A DNA stretch of 64,000 nucleotides from an uncultured Spirochaetota bacterium (GCA_963745235.1 CAVUXE010000035.1:128001-192000), one strand, 5' to 3'. Numbered from the stretch's first letter, positions 38,817-49,485 are shown. The notes: generated from the sequence alone by a model not told the origin. A program made the numbers and translations.

Positions 38817-40058
38817 ATGGCAAAGAAAACAGTTCTCATTCTCGGCGGGGGGATGGGAGGAATCAGCGCTGCTTCCGAGCTTCGAAGGCTGCTGCCTCCG
38901 GAACACAAGATAGTCCTGATTGAGAAGGAGGCACAGCACGCGTTTGCTCCTTCTTTCCTCTGGTTGATGAGCGGAGACCGCGCGCCGGGAGACATCGTGC
39001 GGAATGTCCACCGGATGGTCCCTACCGGGGTTGAAGTGATAGTCGACCAGGTGGAAGCAATCGACCTCTCATCCCGCAGCGTGAGGACATCATCACGCGC
39101 GATGTCCTATGATTTCCTGATTGTATCCCTTGGCGCGGAGCTCGCGCCTGAAATGATCCCGGGCCTGGGTGAAGCCGCCTCCACGTTCTACACCTTCGAT
39201 GGCGCCTTGAAGCTCAAGGAGACGCTGCGCGATTTCGCCGGCGGTACCGTGGCCCTCGTCGTGAGCTCCCTCCCGTATAAATGTCCGGGGGCGCCGCATG
39301 AGGGGGCCATGCTGATCGCAGATGTCCTGCACCGCCGCGGCCTTGAAAGCAAGGCGAGCATTCACCTGTTCACCCCCGAGGCGCAGCCGATGCCGGTTGC
39401 CGGACCTGGCCTCGGTGCGTCGGTCAGAGGAATGCTCGAGGAAAGGAAGATCGCCTTCCATCCCCTCAGCAAGCTGCTTTCTGTGGAGGCTTCGAAACGC
39501 GAGCTTCAGTTCGAAGGGCAGCCACCGTTCTCCTACGACCTCCTCGTCGCGGTGCCGCCGCACCGCGGCCACCGCGTAGCCCGTGAAGCCGGGCTTGCGA
39601 ATGAGGCAGGATGGATTCCTGTCGACCGCAATACCCTTGCCACTCGCCACGAGGGGGTCTTCGCCATCGGAGATGCCACTGCGCTTCAGATTCCCGGCCG
39701 CTGGAAGCCCGACGTGCAGATGCTATTGCCCAAAGCCGGTGTATTCGCGCATACGCAAGCCCTCGTGGTCGCGCGGAACATCGCGGCCGAGTTGAACGGC
39801 TCCGCCCAGAGAGTCACGTTCATGGGGGATGGCTACTGTGCACTCGAGTGCGGGCGGGGACGCGCAGGGTTCGCCTTTGGGAACTTCTTGGCCGAACCTC
39901 ATCCAGAGATCGAAATGCGGCGGCCGGGGCGGAGCATGCACCTTGGCAAAGTGCTTTTCGAGAAATACTGGCTCGGGCGAGGTATGAAGCGAAAAGGCTT
40001 GCGTATCGTTGGGAACTTGGCCGCGCGGCTGTTGGGAATGCCGGCGCTGCTGGAATAA
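38817..40058 (+). CDS. Sulfide:quinone oxidoreductase-like FAD oxidoreductase
   Basis: ILGGGMGG; YKCPGAPHE; FAIGDAT; PKAGVFA; GYCALE. Confidence 0.8.
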   Translation: MAKKTVLILGGGMGGISAASELRRLLPPEHKIVLIEKEAQHAFAPSFLWLMSGDRAPGDIVRNVHRMVPTGVEVIVDQVEAIDLSSRSVRTSSRAMSYDFLIVSLGAELAPEMIPGLGEAASTFYTFDGALKLKETLRDFAGGTVALVVSSLPYKCPGAPHEGAMLIADVLHRRGLESKASIHLFTPEAQPMPVAGPGLGASVRGMLEERKIAFHPLSKLLSVEASKRELQFEGQPPFSYDLLVAVPPHRGHRVAREAGLANEAGWIPVDRNTLATRHEGVFAIGDATALQIPGRWKPDVQMLLPKAGVFAHTQALVVARNIAAELNGSAQRVTFMGDGYCALECGRGRAGFAFGNFLAEPHPEIEMRRPGRSMHLGKVLFEKYWLGRGMKRKGLRIVGNLAARLLGMPALLE

Positions 40059-40073
40059 AGGAGGATTTGAAGG

Positions 40074-40430
40074 ATGGCGAAAACTCTCAGCATGATTCTC
40101 TGGACGGCGCCGTACGGGTGCCAGAACACGAGCACCGCCCTCAAGCTTGCACGGGCGGCCACGAAAAAAGGGTATTCCGTCAGGCTCTTCGCATCCGGGG
40201 ATGGCGTTCACAATTTCACCAAGGACCAAAAGGCGAGCGGAGCTCCTCATGCCGAGAGGGAGTTTTCGGAGGCTCTGCAAACGGGCTTGAAGGTTGAGCT
40301 TTGCGGAACCTGCCTCAATTTCCGAGGAATCAAGGCCGAGGATATCGTCTCTGGAGCCGAGCGGAGCACCATGAAGAACCTCTTCTCCATGGTCAAGGAA
40401 AGCGACGTCTGCATCACTCTCTGGACATAA
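40074..40430 (+). CDS. DsrE/TusD family sulfur-relay protein
   Basis: TAPYG; FASGDGV; LCGTCLNFRG with conserved Cys. Confidence 0.85.
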   Translation: MAKTLSMILWTAPYGCQNTSTALKLARAATKKGYSVRLFASGDGVHNFTKDQKASGAPHAEREFSEALQTGLKVELCGTCLNFRGIKAEDIVSGAERSTMKNLFSMVKESDVCITLWT

Positions 40431-40440
40431 GGAAGGGAAA

Positions 40441-40809
40441 ATGACGGATACGGTCTGCCTTATCATCAGGAAAGCACCATACGGGAAAATCAACGCGGCC
40501 GAGGCAGTCAGGCACGTCAACGGCGCCCTGGCAAGCGGTCTTGAACCTTTGGTAATTCTCATGGGCGATGGGGTCTATCTTGCCAGGGATAATCAGCATG
40601 CGGCGAAAGCGGGCTGGACTTCACTTTCGGACGCCCTCAGCCAGGTTCCCACGTCGAAGGGCGGGGAAGGAGCACGCTTCTACGTGCATCAAGAGTCTCT
40701 CGCCGATCGCGGGATTGAGCCCGACGGCCCGATGAAGCAATTCAAGGTTGTTTCCAGCCAGGAAATGGCCGGTTTTGTTGCGAGTTGCCCGAGGATGCTT
40801 CTCTTCTAA
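40441..40809 (+). CDS. DsrF/TusC-like protein
   Basis: RKAPYG..AAEAVR; MGDGVY; SLADRG. Confidence 0.75.
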   Translation: MTDTVCLIIRKAPYGKINAAEAVRHVNGALASGLEPLVILMGDGVYLARDNQHAAKAGWTSLSDALSQVPTSKGGEGARFYVHQESLADRGIEPDGPMKQFKVVSSQEMAGFVASCPRMLLF

Positions 40810-40822
40810 CAGGAGGTCCAAG

Positions 40823-41146
40823 GTGAAACCGATTCTCATGATTATCTCCAGCTCTCCTGACACGCCGGAAGCCCAGCAGGCGCTGGAATTGGCGCAAAGC
40901 TTGTTGGAGGCAGGAAACGAATTGGGTATCTTCTACCTTCAAGATGGCGTGTACCACGCCACGGGTCCGTGGGGCTCTCACGAGGTTCTCTCAAACGGGA
41001 CGGTGGTTCATTATTGCCTGCGGGAAGATCTGGAAATGAGAGGGTTCAAGGCGGATGATGTGGCTCATCCCGTCATGCTGTCGGACTATGACGATCTTGT
41101 GGACCTCATGATGGAAAGATCCGGGCAGACCCTCGGAGCTTTCTAA
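40823..41146 (+). CDS. DsrH/TusB-like protein
   Basis: LQDGVY; LREDLEMRG; DYDDLVDL. Confidence 0.75.
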   Translation: MKPILMIISSSPDTPEAQQALELAQSLLEAGNELGIFYLQDGVYHATGPWGSHEVLSNGTVVHYCLREDLEMRGFKADDVAHPVMLSDYDDLVDLMMERSGQTLGAF

Positions 41147-41315
41147 GGGGCGTACGAGATGACAGGCCAGGACGTAACAGGTTCGCGACCCGGTGCATCA
41201 ACGCAGGAGAGAGCTCGACGAGAAAGGCGCCATGCGAAACGCCCCTTTACAGCCGCTCGATCGAGGAGAAGCTTGCCAGCATCGCGGGCGTCGAAGCCGG
41301 CTCGGATACCATTGA

Positions 41316-41912
41316 ATGAAGCTTCGCCAAAGTGACATGCCTGAGGAAGCGTACTGGGAAACGCTTCTTGATGTGGACGGCATCCTGCAACGCCTTCGTA
41401 TCGGCAAAGAGCTGCAAGACGTTGTCGAGCTGGGCTGCGGCTATGGCACCTTCTCTCTCCCGGTCGCCGCATCAATCTCGGGTGCTCTTCGCGCATTCGA
41501 TATCGATGCGGCCATGGTAGGACGAACACGTCAACGCGCGGAGGAACGCGGGATACGTAATCTCCTCTGCGAGCAGCGCGACGTCTTCCACGACGGTTTT
41601 GGCGTTGACGCAGGTTCGCAGGATGCCTGTCTTCTTTTCAATATCCTTCACTGCGAACAGCCGGCCCGTATCCTGCAGGAAGCCGCCCGCGCCATCAGCG
41701 GGCAAGGGTCCGTGTTCGTCATCCACTGGCGCCACGACCCTGCAACGCCGCGGGGACCATCGCTTGACATCCGCCCTCGACCCGAAGATTGCATCCGATG
41801 GGCAGAAGCAGCGGGCCTTCAGCCGACCGAAAACGGTGCTGTCGACCTGCCGCCTTACCACTATGGACTTGTCCTGAAGAAGCTTACCGAGGTGTCAGGT
41901 CACACAGCATAG
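41316..41912 (+). CDS. Class I SAM-dependent methyltransferase
   Basis: VVELGCGYGTF; LFNILH; IHW...PRGP; DLPPYHYG. Confidence 0.88.
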   Translation: MKLRQSDMPEEAYWETLLDVDGILQRLRIGKELQDVVELGCGYGTFSLPVAASISGALRAFDIDAAMVGRTRQRAEERGIRNLLCEQRDVFHDGFGVDAGSQDACLLFNILHCEQPARILQEAARAISGQGSVFVIHWRHDPATPRGPSLDIRPRPEDCIRWAEAAGLQPTENGAVDLPPYHYGLVLKKLTEVSGHTA

Positions 41913-41968
41913 AAGACCGCCTGTGACACAAAGCGTTGCACAGCGAGACCTGGATGTCGTCGCGCTGT

Positions 41969-43627
41969 TCACGTCCCGTTTGATCCCTTCAGCCTCCGAT
42001 AGCGGCGGATCAGCGCGTTGGTGGAGCTGTCGTGCGACAGGGCAGGGTCACTCCTGCTCTCGAGCTCGGGGACGATTTTCTTTGCCAGGACCTTGCCGAG
42101 CTCGACGCCCCACTGGTCGAAGGAGTCAATGCTCCAGATCGTCCCCTGCGTGAATACGCTGTGCTCGTACAGGGAAACCAGGAGCCCCAGTGTCTCCGGC
42201 GTCAACCGTTCGGCCAGGATAGTATTGGTGGGACGATTGCCCTCGAAGACCCGATGCGGCGCAAGAGTGCCGTCCGTTCCCTCGGCCTTGACTTCGTCTT
42301 CCGTCTTGCCGAATGCCAGCGCCTCTGTCTGCGCAAACAGATTTGCCATGAGGAGATCATGCTGGTTGCCCACCGGGTTCAAGGTCTTGCAGAAGCCGAT
42401 GAAATCGCACGGGATCAGCTTTGTCCCCTGATGGACGAGCTGATAGAAGGAGTGCTGGCCATTTGTGCCCGGTTCTCCCCAGTAAATGGGGGCCGTCTGA
42501 TAGCTGACGCCCCTGCCGTCAAGGGTGACATGCTTCCCGTTGCTCTCCATTGTCAGCTGCTGCAGGTACGCCGGGAATCGCTTGAGGTACTGGTCGTAGG
42601 GCAGCAGGGCGACGGTCTGGGCATCGAAGAAGTTGTTGTACCAGACCGTGAGCAGGCCCATGAGGACGGGAAGGTTCTTTTCGAATGGCGCCGCGCGGAA
42701 GTGGTCATCCATGGCACGAAAGCCGGAAAGCATCAACCGGAAGTTTTCCGGTCCGATTGCGATCATGGTCGACAGCCCGATGGCTGAGTCCATTGAGTAG
42801 CGCCCGCCCACCCAGTCCCAGAAGCCGAACATGTTTGCCGTGTCGATGCCGAACTTCGCCACCTCCTCCGCATTGGTGGAAACGGCGACAAAGTGCTTTC
42901 GCACGGCTTCCGCGCCGCCAAGCTTGCGCAGGCTCCACGCCCGGGCGGCATGCGCGTTGGTCAACGTTTCCAGGGTCGTGAAAGTCTTTGAGCAGATGAT
43001 GAACAGGGTCTCTTCAGGATCCAGGTCGCGCACTGTTTCAGAAAAGTCAGTGCCATCAACGTTGGAGACAAAGCGGAAGCTCATGTCCCGCCGGCTGTAG
43101 TGACGGAGGGCCTCGTAGGCCATCACGGGGCCAAGGTCCGACCCGCCTATCCCGATATTGACAACGTTGCGGATGCGCTTCCCCGTGTGTCCGCGCCACG
43201 CTCCGTCGCGCACCTGGTCGGCGAAGTCCGCCATCCCGTCAAGCACTGCCCGCACCTCGGGAACCACGTCCACGCCGTCCACCACAATCCGCTCGCCCTC
43301 CCGCGCCCGCAAGGCGGTGTGAAGGACGGCGCGCTTTTCCGTCACGTTGATCTTCTCTCCGCTGAACATCGCTTCCGTGCGCGCGCGAAGGCCGGACTCC
43401 TCCGCAAGTTGCAGCAGCAGCCGGATGGTCTCATCAGTCACCCGGTTCTTGGAGTAGTCGAGGTAGATACCGGCGGCTTCGACCGTGAAGCGCTCGCCTC
43501 GCCGGGGATCTTCCGCAAAGAGCTCGCGCAGGTGCAGCGTTCGCATCTTCCTGGAGTGCGCTTCCAGCGCCTTCCACGCCGGGCGTTCGGTGAGCGGCTG
43601 TATGGGTGCGGATGAGTTGCGGGTCAC
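41969..43627 (-). CDS. pgi: Glucose-6-phosphate isomerase
   Basis: DYSKN; [10 protein letters not shown]; [10 protein letters not shown]; MESNGK; [10 protein letters not shown]. Confidence 0.97.
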   Translation of the reverse strand: MTRNSSAPIQPLTERPAWKALEAHSRKMRTLHLRELFAEDPRRGERFTVEAAGIYLDYSKNRVTDETIRLLLQLAEESGLRARTEAMFSGEKINVTEKRAVLHTALRAREGERIVVDGVDVVPEVRAVLDGMADFADQVRDGAWRGHTGKRIRNVVNIGIGGSDLGPVMAYEALRHYSRRDMSFRFVSNVDGTDFSETVRDLDPEETLFIICSKTFTTLETLTNAHAARAWSLRKLGGAEAVRKHFVAVSTNAEEVAKFGIDTANMFGFWDWVGGRYSMDSAIGLSTMIAIGPENFRLMLSGFRAMDDHFRAAPFEKNLPVLMGLLTVWYNNFFDAQTVALLPYDQYLKRFPAYLQQLTMESNGKHVTLDGRGVSYQTAPIYWGEPGTNGQHSFYQLVHQGTKLIPCDFIGFCKTLNPVGNQHDLLMANLFAQTEALAFGKTEDEVKAEGTDGTLAPHRVFEGNRPTNTILAERLTPETLGLLVSLYEHSVFTQGTIWSIDSFDQWGVELGKVLAKKIVPELESRSDPALSHDSSTNALIRRYRRLKGSNGT

Positions 43628-43816
43628 GGTCACCTCCTCCGGGCCTCCCACCAGGCCCGCTGTCCAGACACAATCTATTGCACAAAAGGTGCCTGCGTCA
43701 AAGCTCGTCAACTGATATTTCAGCCGCCGGCGCCAGCCGTCAGCCGCCCGCCTCCGGCGCTTGCCCGAGGATGTTGCAATTTATGATATTCGGCCCTACA
43801 GAGGAAAGGAGACGCA

Positions 43817-44299
43817 ATGTACAAGACGAAGAACGATCTGCCGGAGAAAGTTCGAGCCGAGATGGTGACGCTTCTGCAGCAGCGGCTCGCTGACTGTATT
43901 GACCTCGTGACACAGGCCAAGCAGGCCCACTGGAACGTCAAGGGACCGAGCTTCATCGCGCTGCATGAGTTGTTCGACGAGGTCTATGCCCACGCGGGTG
44001 ACTCCGCTGACCTGATCGCGGAGCGAATCGTCCAGCTTGGCGCTGTTGCCGAGGGCACCGCGCGTATCGCGGCAAAGCGGTCCGGGCTGGCAGAGTACCC
44101 TCTTGAGATTGCAAACGGCAAAGATCATGTCGAGGCGTTGTCTCGCGCCCTGGCCTACACGGCTGAGAGCATCCGCAGCTCGATCGACCGGGCGGACGAG
44201 ATGGGGGACAAAGGCACGGCCGACATTTTCACGGAGATTGTGAGGAGCCTCGACAAGGACCTGTGGTTTGTCGAGGCGCACCTCCAGGCCGAGCGATAG
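43817..44299 (+). CDS. dps: DNA starvation/stationary phase protection protein
   Basis: KQAHWNVKGPSFIALHELFDE; DLIAERI; DKDLWF. Confidence 0.95.
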   Translation: MYKTKNDLPEKVRAEMVTLLQQRLADCIDLVTQAKQAHWNVKGPSFIALHELFDEVYAHAGDSADLIAERIVQLGAVAEGTARIAAKRSGLAEYPLEIANGKDHVEALSRALAYTAESIRSSIDRADEMGDKGTADIFTEIVRSLDKDLWFVEAHLQAER

Positions 44300-44403
44300 C
44301 CCCCGGGCAGGCGCCGTGCGGGTTCCCCGAAAATCGCCAGGCCGCGGCAGGGAGTGCAGGCGCCGTGGCGCCTCCGGCGGACCGGGGCGCGCGCTCGCGG
44401 ATC

Positions 44404-45357
44404 TCATTTCTTTCGCCGGGACAGGACCGCGGCCAGGATGATGAGACCCTTGATGATCTGCTGGTAGTAGGATTGGACGTTGTACTGGTTGAGGAGGTTG
44501 TCGATGACTCCCAGGATGAGCACTCCCCAGAACGTCCCGATGGCCCCTCCTCCGCCCCCGCCCAGGATGCCGCCGCCGATGACCACAGCCGCGATGGCAT
44601 CCAGCTCAAAGCCCGCACCGAAGCTGGGCTGCGCAATTCCCAGCCGGGAGGAAAGGAGGACTCCTGCCATCGCCGCGAAGAACCCGCACAGGATGTAGGC
44701 AAGGAGCAGGTGTCCCTTGACGTTGATGCCGGCAAGCCGCACGGCTTCCTCGTTGCCGCCGATGGCAACGACGGCCCTGCCCGGAATTGTCCGGTTCAGG
44801 AAGACCCAGATGACGAAGAAGCAGATCACCATGATGACCGACGCGGTGGGCACGGGGCCAATGAATCCGCCGCCAAGAAGCGCTCGGAACGCAGGGTCCA
44901 CCGGTGTCTGCGGGGTTTCCGAGAAGACGTACGTCACGCCTCGAACCACACCCATGGTCGCAAGGGTGACGATGAAAGGCTGCAGCTTGAACCGCGCGAT
45001 AAAGAAGCCGTTTGCAGTGCCAACTGCTATCCCTGCCACGAGGGCCACCAGGATGGCCGCCGGCATGGGCATCTGTTTCTGGAGGCCCGTGGCCATGATC
45101 CCGCACAGCGCGACGGTGGAGCCCACCGACAGGTCGACGCCTCCGGTGAGGATCACCACCAGCATGCCGATGCTGATGAGGCCGTTGGTGACGATCTGGC
45201 GAGAGATGTTGATGAGGTTCCTGGAGGTGAAGAAGGTCTCAGAGACCAGCGAGCTGATGAGGATCAGCACGACGAAGATCCCGACAAAAGCGAAATCCGA
45301 CCAGCGGATCCTCGCCGTTTCCCGCATCCTGTCGACAAATGGAACCGCAGCCTTCAT
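44404..45357 (-). CDS. Monosaccharide ABC permease (RbsC family)
   Basis: GGVDLSVGS; PFIVTLATM; AIGGNEEAVRLAGI; ELDAIAAVVIGG. Confidence 0.93.
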   Translation of the reverse strand: MKAAVPFVDRMRETARIRWSDFAFVGIFVVLILISSLVSETFFTSRNLINISRQIVTNGLISIGMLVVILTGGVDLSVGSTVALCGIMATGLQKQMPMPAAILVALVAGIAVGTANGFFIARFKLQPFIVTLATMGVVRGVTYVFSETPQTPVDPAFRALLGGGFIGPVPTASVIMVICFFVIWVFLNRTIPGRAVVAIGGNEEAVRLAGINVKGHLLLAYILCGFFAAMAGVLLSSRLGIAQPSFGAGFELDAIAAVVIGGGILGGGGGGAIGTFWGVLILGVIDNLLNQYNVQSYYQQIIKGLIILAAVLSRRKK

Positions 45358-46868
45358 GTTTGTCCCCCGCTGTTGATCACGCCTGCCGCGCGCTGGAGCA
45401 GTATTTCCTCGTTCGCTTCTGCGCGGTCCAGGTTTCCTACGAGCCTGCCTTCCCGCATGACGAGAATCCGGTCACTCATTCCCAGGACCTCGGGCATCTC
45501 TGATGAGATGAGCAGCACGCCCACTCCTGTTTCGACCAGGCTGTTGATGAGGTGGTAGATTTCCACCTTCGCGCCGATGTCCACCCCGCGGGTGGGCTCG
45601 TCAAGGAGAAGCACCTTGGGCTGCGAAAGGAGCCACTTGGCAAGCACCACCTTCTGCTGGTTTCCTCCGCTCAACGTCCGCACGGATCTGCCGAGAGCCG
45701 CCGTCCGCACGGCCAGCGCATCCACCTTTTCCTGCACAAGGACCGTCTGCCGCGCGGTGTCCAGGAACATGCCGTGGCCCATGCGGGGAAGGGAGGCAAG
45801 GCTCACGTTGTCGCGGACCGAGCAGCTCATCACCAGGCCGTCCCGCTTGCGGTCCTCCGTCACCAGGGAGACCCCCGCGTTCACCGCGTCCCGGGGGGAC
45901 CGCAGCCGCACGGGCTTCCCCTGGACGCTGATGCGTCCCGAGGTTGCCGGCTCCGCGCCGAAGATGCTCCTCGCAACCGCTGTCCTCCCGCTTCCGACGA
46001 GCCCGAACATGCCAACCACCTCACCGCGGCGCACGGAGAAGGTGACTTTTTGAAACTCTCCCTCCCGGCCCAGGTCCTCGACGCAAAGCACCTCTTCTCC
46101 CGGGGGCACGGAGCGCCGGGGATAGATCTCCTCCACCGACCGTCCCACCATCATCCTGATCAGGTCATCCTGGCTCACGGATACGGTGGGCACCGTGCCC
46201 ACCACCTCGCCGTCACGAAGCACCGTGATGCGGTCAGCGATCTCGAAAACCTCTTCCAGGCGATGGGAGATGTACAGCACGAGCGTGCCCTCCGCCTTCA
46301 GGCGGCGGATGAGGGAGAAAAGAAGGGCCAGCTCGTCCTTGGAGAGCACCGCGGAGGGCTCGTCAAGGATGAGAATCCTCGGCTTCTCCGCCAGCGCCTT
46401 GGCGATCTCCACGACCTGCTGGTGGGATACGCTGAGCCGCGAGACCCGTGTGCGCGCGTCCAGCGCGGTGAACCCCAGGCCGCTGAGGATTGTGCGGGCC
46501 TGGGAGCGCGCCTGGCGCCAGTGGACCCAGAGGCCGCCGCTGTTCGGCAGCCTTCCCATGAGGATGTTCTCCGCGATGGTCAGGTGCGGCACGAGGCTGA
46601 ACTCCTGGTGGACGGCCCGAATGCCCAGCCTGTTCGCCTGGTGGGGAGTGCTCATTGTCACGGGCGCTCCGCCGATCACGATCCTCCCGGAATCCGGAGT
46701 GACTGCTCCCGAGAGGACATTCATCAGGGTCGACTTGCCCGCGCCGTTCTCTCCGACAAGGGCGTGGATCTCCCCGATGGATGCGGACATGCTCACGTCC
46801 CGGAGGGCCACGGTGCCTCCGAATCTTTTGTAGATGCTCTGCATGGACAAGAAGCAATCACTGCTCAT
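45354..46868 (-). CDS. Monosaccharide ABC ATP-binding protein, tandem NBD (RbsA family)
   Basis: GENGAGKSTL; LDEPSAVL; LSGGNQQKV; DEPTRGVDIGAK. Confidence 0.95.
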   Translation of the reverse strand: MSSDCFLSMQSIYKRFGGTVALRDVSMSASIGEIHALVGENGAGKSTLMNVLSGAVTPDSGRIVIGGAPVTMSTPHQANRLGIRAVHQEFSLVPHLTIAENILMGRLPNSGGLWVHWRQARSQARTILSGLGFTALDARTRVSRLSVSHQQVVEIAKALAEKPRILILDEPSAVLSKDELALLFSLIRRLKAEGTLVLYISHRLEEVFEIADRITVLRDGEVVGTVPTVSVSQDDLIRMMVGRSVEEIYPRRSVPPGEEVLCVEDLGREGEFQKVTFSVRRGEVVGMFGLVGSGRTAVARSIFGAEPATSGRISVQGKPVRLRSPRDAVNAGVSLVTEDRKRDGLVMSCSVRDNVSLASLPRMGHGMFLDTARQTVLVQEKVDALAVRTAALGRSVRTLSGGNQQKVVLAKWLLSQPKVLLLDEPTRGVDIGAKVEIYHLINSLVETGVGVLLISSEMPEVLGMSDRILVMREGRLVGNLDRAEANEEILLQRAAGVINSGGQT

Positions 46869-48313
46869 AGGGGTGGCGCGGGGAATGCATTATGGACAAG
46901 GATCACCTTCTGCTCGGTCATCTCGTCAAGCGTATCATGAAGCCCCTCGCGGCCGTACCCGCTCATCTTGGTCCCGCCGAAGGGAAGGTTCTCCGAGCGG
47001 AGGGCCGAGGACCAGTTCACGATGACCCCTCCCACCTCGAGCCGGTCCGCAATCGTGAGGGCACGGGAGATATCACTCGTGAAGACGGCCGCCTGAAGAC
47101 CGAATGAGCTGTCATTTGCCATGGTCACTGCCTCAGCCTCGGTGGAGAAGGGGACCACGGGAGCGACGGGACCGAACGTCTCTTCCCTGAAGAGCGGAAC
47201 GGAGCTGGGCACGTCCGCGAGCACCGTTGGCGTCACGAAGGATCCGCGTCTCTGCCCGCCGAAGAGCAGCCGAGCGCCGGCTTTCACCGCCTCCACGGTG
47301 GCGGCCTCCACTTTCCGGGCGGCTTCCTCGCTGATCAGGGGGCCTACGTCCGTCTCCTCCCGCAGCTGGTCTCCCACGCAAAGCGTCCTTGCCCTGGCGG
47401 AAAGCCGCTCGCAGAAATCTCCGTAGACCCGTCGATCCACGAAGACCCTCTTCACTGCGCAGCAGATCTGGCCGTTGCCCCGGGCCAGGCGGCCCAGGAC
47501 CACGGCCTCCGCCGCTTTCTCCAGGTCCGCGTCCGCGCAGACGATGGTGGCGTCATTCCCTCCGAGCTCGAGGTGGACCTTCTTCAGCGTTTCCGCGCCG
47601 AGCTGTGCCAGACGGATCCCCACCGCCGTGCTCCCCGTGACCGAGACCATGCGCACCACCGGGCTGCGGGCCAGCAGCTCTCCGACCTGCTCCCCCGGCC
47701 CCGTTACCATCTGGTGAGCTCCGCGGGGAAGACCTGCGTCTTCCAGGATGCCGGCGATTTTCAGGAGAGTGAGGGGGCAGGCGCTGGGAGGTTTCGCAAT
47801 CACGGCGTTGCCGGCGGCAAGGGCGGGAGCGGCCTTGTGCGCATACAGCTCCACCGGATAGTTGAAAGGAACGATGGCAGCGATGACGCCCAGCGGCTGG
47901 CGAACGGTCATGGCGAAATGCCTTTCATTGCCGGGCACCGCGTCCATGGGAATCATGCGGCCGAAGATGCGCCTGCCTTCCTCCGCAAACCCCCGGAAGA
48001 TCCGAGCCGTGACGTCCACCTCGTCCCTGGTCTGGCGGATCGGCTTGCCGTTCTCCCGGGCCAGGAGCGTTGCAAGCTCCTCCCTGCGGTCATGGATGAC
48101 ATCCGCGGCCGCGGCCAGGATGGCGGACCGCTTGTGCGCGGGCAGAGCCCGCATGCGCCCGCTGCCCTCCACCGCCGCCTGCAGGGCGCGCTGCACGTCC
48201 GCCGCCGCGGCAACGGGGACGGTGTCGATGGCTTCCGCGGTCCCGGGGTTGCTGACTGTTTGAGTCTTTCCATCTCCAGCGGCCACCCACTGGCCGTCGA
48301 TGAGCATTTTCAT
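46865..48313 (-). CDS. Aldehyde dehydrogenase family protein
   Basis: PFNYP; TGSTAVG; LELGGND; GQICCA; EETFGP. Confidence 0.93.
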   Translation of the reverse strand: MKMLIDGQWVAAGDGKTQTVSNPGTAEAIDTVPVAAAADVQRALQAAVEGSGRMRALPAHKRSAILAAAADVIHDRREELATLLARENGKPIRQTRDEVDVTARIFRGFAEEGRRIFGRMIPMDAVPGNERHFAMTVRQPLGVIAAIVPFNYPVELYAHKAAPALAAGNAVIAKPPSACPLTLLKIAGILEDAGLPRGAHQMVTGPGEQVGELLARSPVVRMVSVTGSTAVGIRLAQLGAETLKKVHLELGGNDATIVCADADLEKAAEAVVLGRLARGNGQICCAVKRVFVDRRVYGDFCERLSARARTLCVGDQLREETDVGPLISEEAARKVEAATVEAVKAGARLLFGGQRRGSFVTPTVLADVPSSVPLFREETFGPVAPVVPFSTEAEAVTMANDSSFGLQAAVFTSDISRALTIADRLEVGGVIVNWSSALRSENLPFGGTKMSGYGREGLHDTLDEMTEQKVILVHNAFPAPPL

Positions 48314-48332
48314 GTGTGATCTCCGGAAAGGA

Positions 48333-48360
48333 CCCCGGCCTCTGAGCGCAGAGGCCGGGG
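48333..48360. terminator. Stem-loop after binding-protein gene
   Basis: CCCCGGCCTCTG-AGCG-CAGAGGCCGGGG. Confidence 0.65.
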
Positions 48361-48367
48361 AAAGATG

Positions 48368-49321
48368 CTAAAACACGCTCTCTGGAATGTAGAACCTGGC
48401 CACGTTGTCGATCGTGATCAGAGGCGACGGCAGAACGGTGTCCTTCTCCGACTGCGCGCCCGCCAGGAGAGCCATGAGCCGGGTGAATCCGGCGCGGCCT
48501 ATCTGGTCAGAGCTGTTCAGCCCCGTCGCGGCGTAGTTCGTCTTTTTCATGATCTGTTCCAGTGCAGCCTTCTCGCCGTCCACCCCGCAGATGAAGATCT
48601 GGCTGGTCCGGCCGGCATCACCTATGGCCTTCTGGGCGCCCAGCGCCATGGAGTCATTCTCCGCGAATACGGCGTCAATCTGGTTGTACTTTGCAAGCAA
48701 GTCCTCCATGAGCTTGAACCCGCCGTCTGAGCTCCAGCCGCCGAAGTTGGGCGCCATGACGACCTCTATCTTGCTCTTCTTCACTTCGGAGAGCATGCCG
48801 TTGGTGCGGTCAAGGCCGATGGAGTTGTCGGCAGGCCCCCCGCGCAGCACCACAAGGCGGCCCTTGCCGCCCAGCCGCTTCACGATGTACTCCCCGTCCT
48901 GCTTTCCGATGGCAAGGTTGTCCGGGCCCACCCAGCTCGTGTAGTCCCCGCCTTTGAGCTTGCGGTCGACCAGGACCACGGGCACTCCCGCCTTCTTGAT
49001 TGCGTCCAGAGCCTCTGGAGCCGCCTCGAGCCAGGCGGCGCTTATGATGAGCCCGCTCACGTTCTGCGCAAGCACGTCTTCGACATCCGAGGTCAGCTTC
49101 TGCGCGTCCCCCTTCGCATCAGTGGTGACGAGCTTGATGTTGCCGAAGTGCTCACACTCCTGTTTCACCGCCTGCGACATGCCGATGAAATACGGGCTCG
49201 TGAGCGCCAGGTTCACCATGCCGATCTTGATCTGGCCTTTCCCCTGCGCTGCCGCGGAAGTGGCGGAAAATGCCAGGGCAACCGCGCAAAGAATGAACAC
49301 CAGGAACCGGAGCTTTTTCAT
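48368..49321 (-). CDS. Sugar ABC substrate-binding protein (RbsB-like)
   Basis: Signal peptide; SPYF; VVLVDR; VGPDN; AENDSMALGA; GVDG. Confidence 0.92.
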   Translation of the reverse strand: MKKLRFLVFILCAVALAFSATSAAAQGKGQIKIGMVNLALTSPYFIGMSQAVKQECEHFGNIKLVTTDAKGDAQKLTSDVEDVLAQNVSGLIISAAWLEAAPEALDAIKKAGVPVVLVDRKLKGGDYTSWVGPDNLAIGKQDGEYIVKRLGGKGRLVVLRGGPADNSIGLDRTNGMLSEVKKSKIEVVMAPNFGGWSSDGGFKLMEDLLAKYNQIDAVFAENDSMALGAQKAIGDAGRTSQIFICGVDGEKAALEQIMKKTNYAATGLNSSDQIGRAGFTRLMALLAGAQSEKDTVLPSPLITIDNVARFYIPESVF

Positions 49322-49385
49322 ATGTCTCCTCCCTTTCGGTTGAGAGATGGGGCCGGAAGACTTCCAGCCTTGGCCCTCACGAGCA

Positions 49386-49402
49386 TGCATGCTCCGTGCC
49401 AA
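49386..49402 (-). promoter_or_regulatory. Sigma54 promoter of sugar ABC operon
   Basis: TTGGCAC-GGAGC-ATGCA on minus strand, about 65 nt upstream of the start codon. Confidence 0.8.
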
Positions 49403-49485
49403 GGCGGAGGGTCGACAGAAAGCCGGTCGGTGTGTTTTGCAACTTATTGTATCACAGCAGGTTATGCGACGGAATGGAAGAAGCG

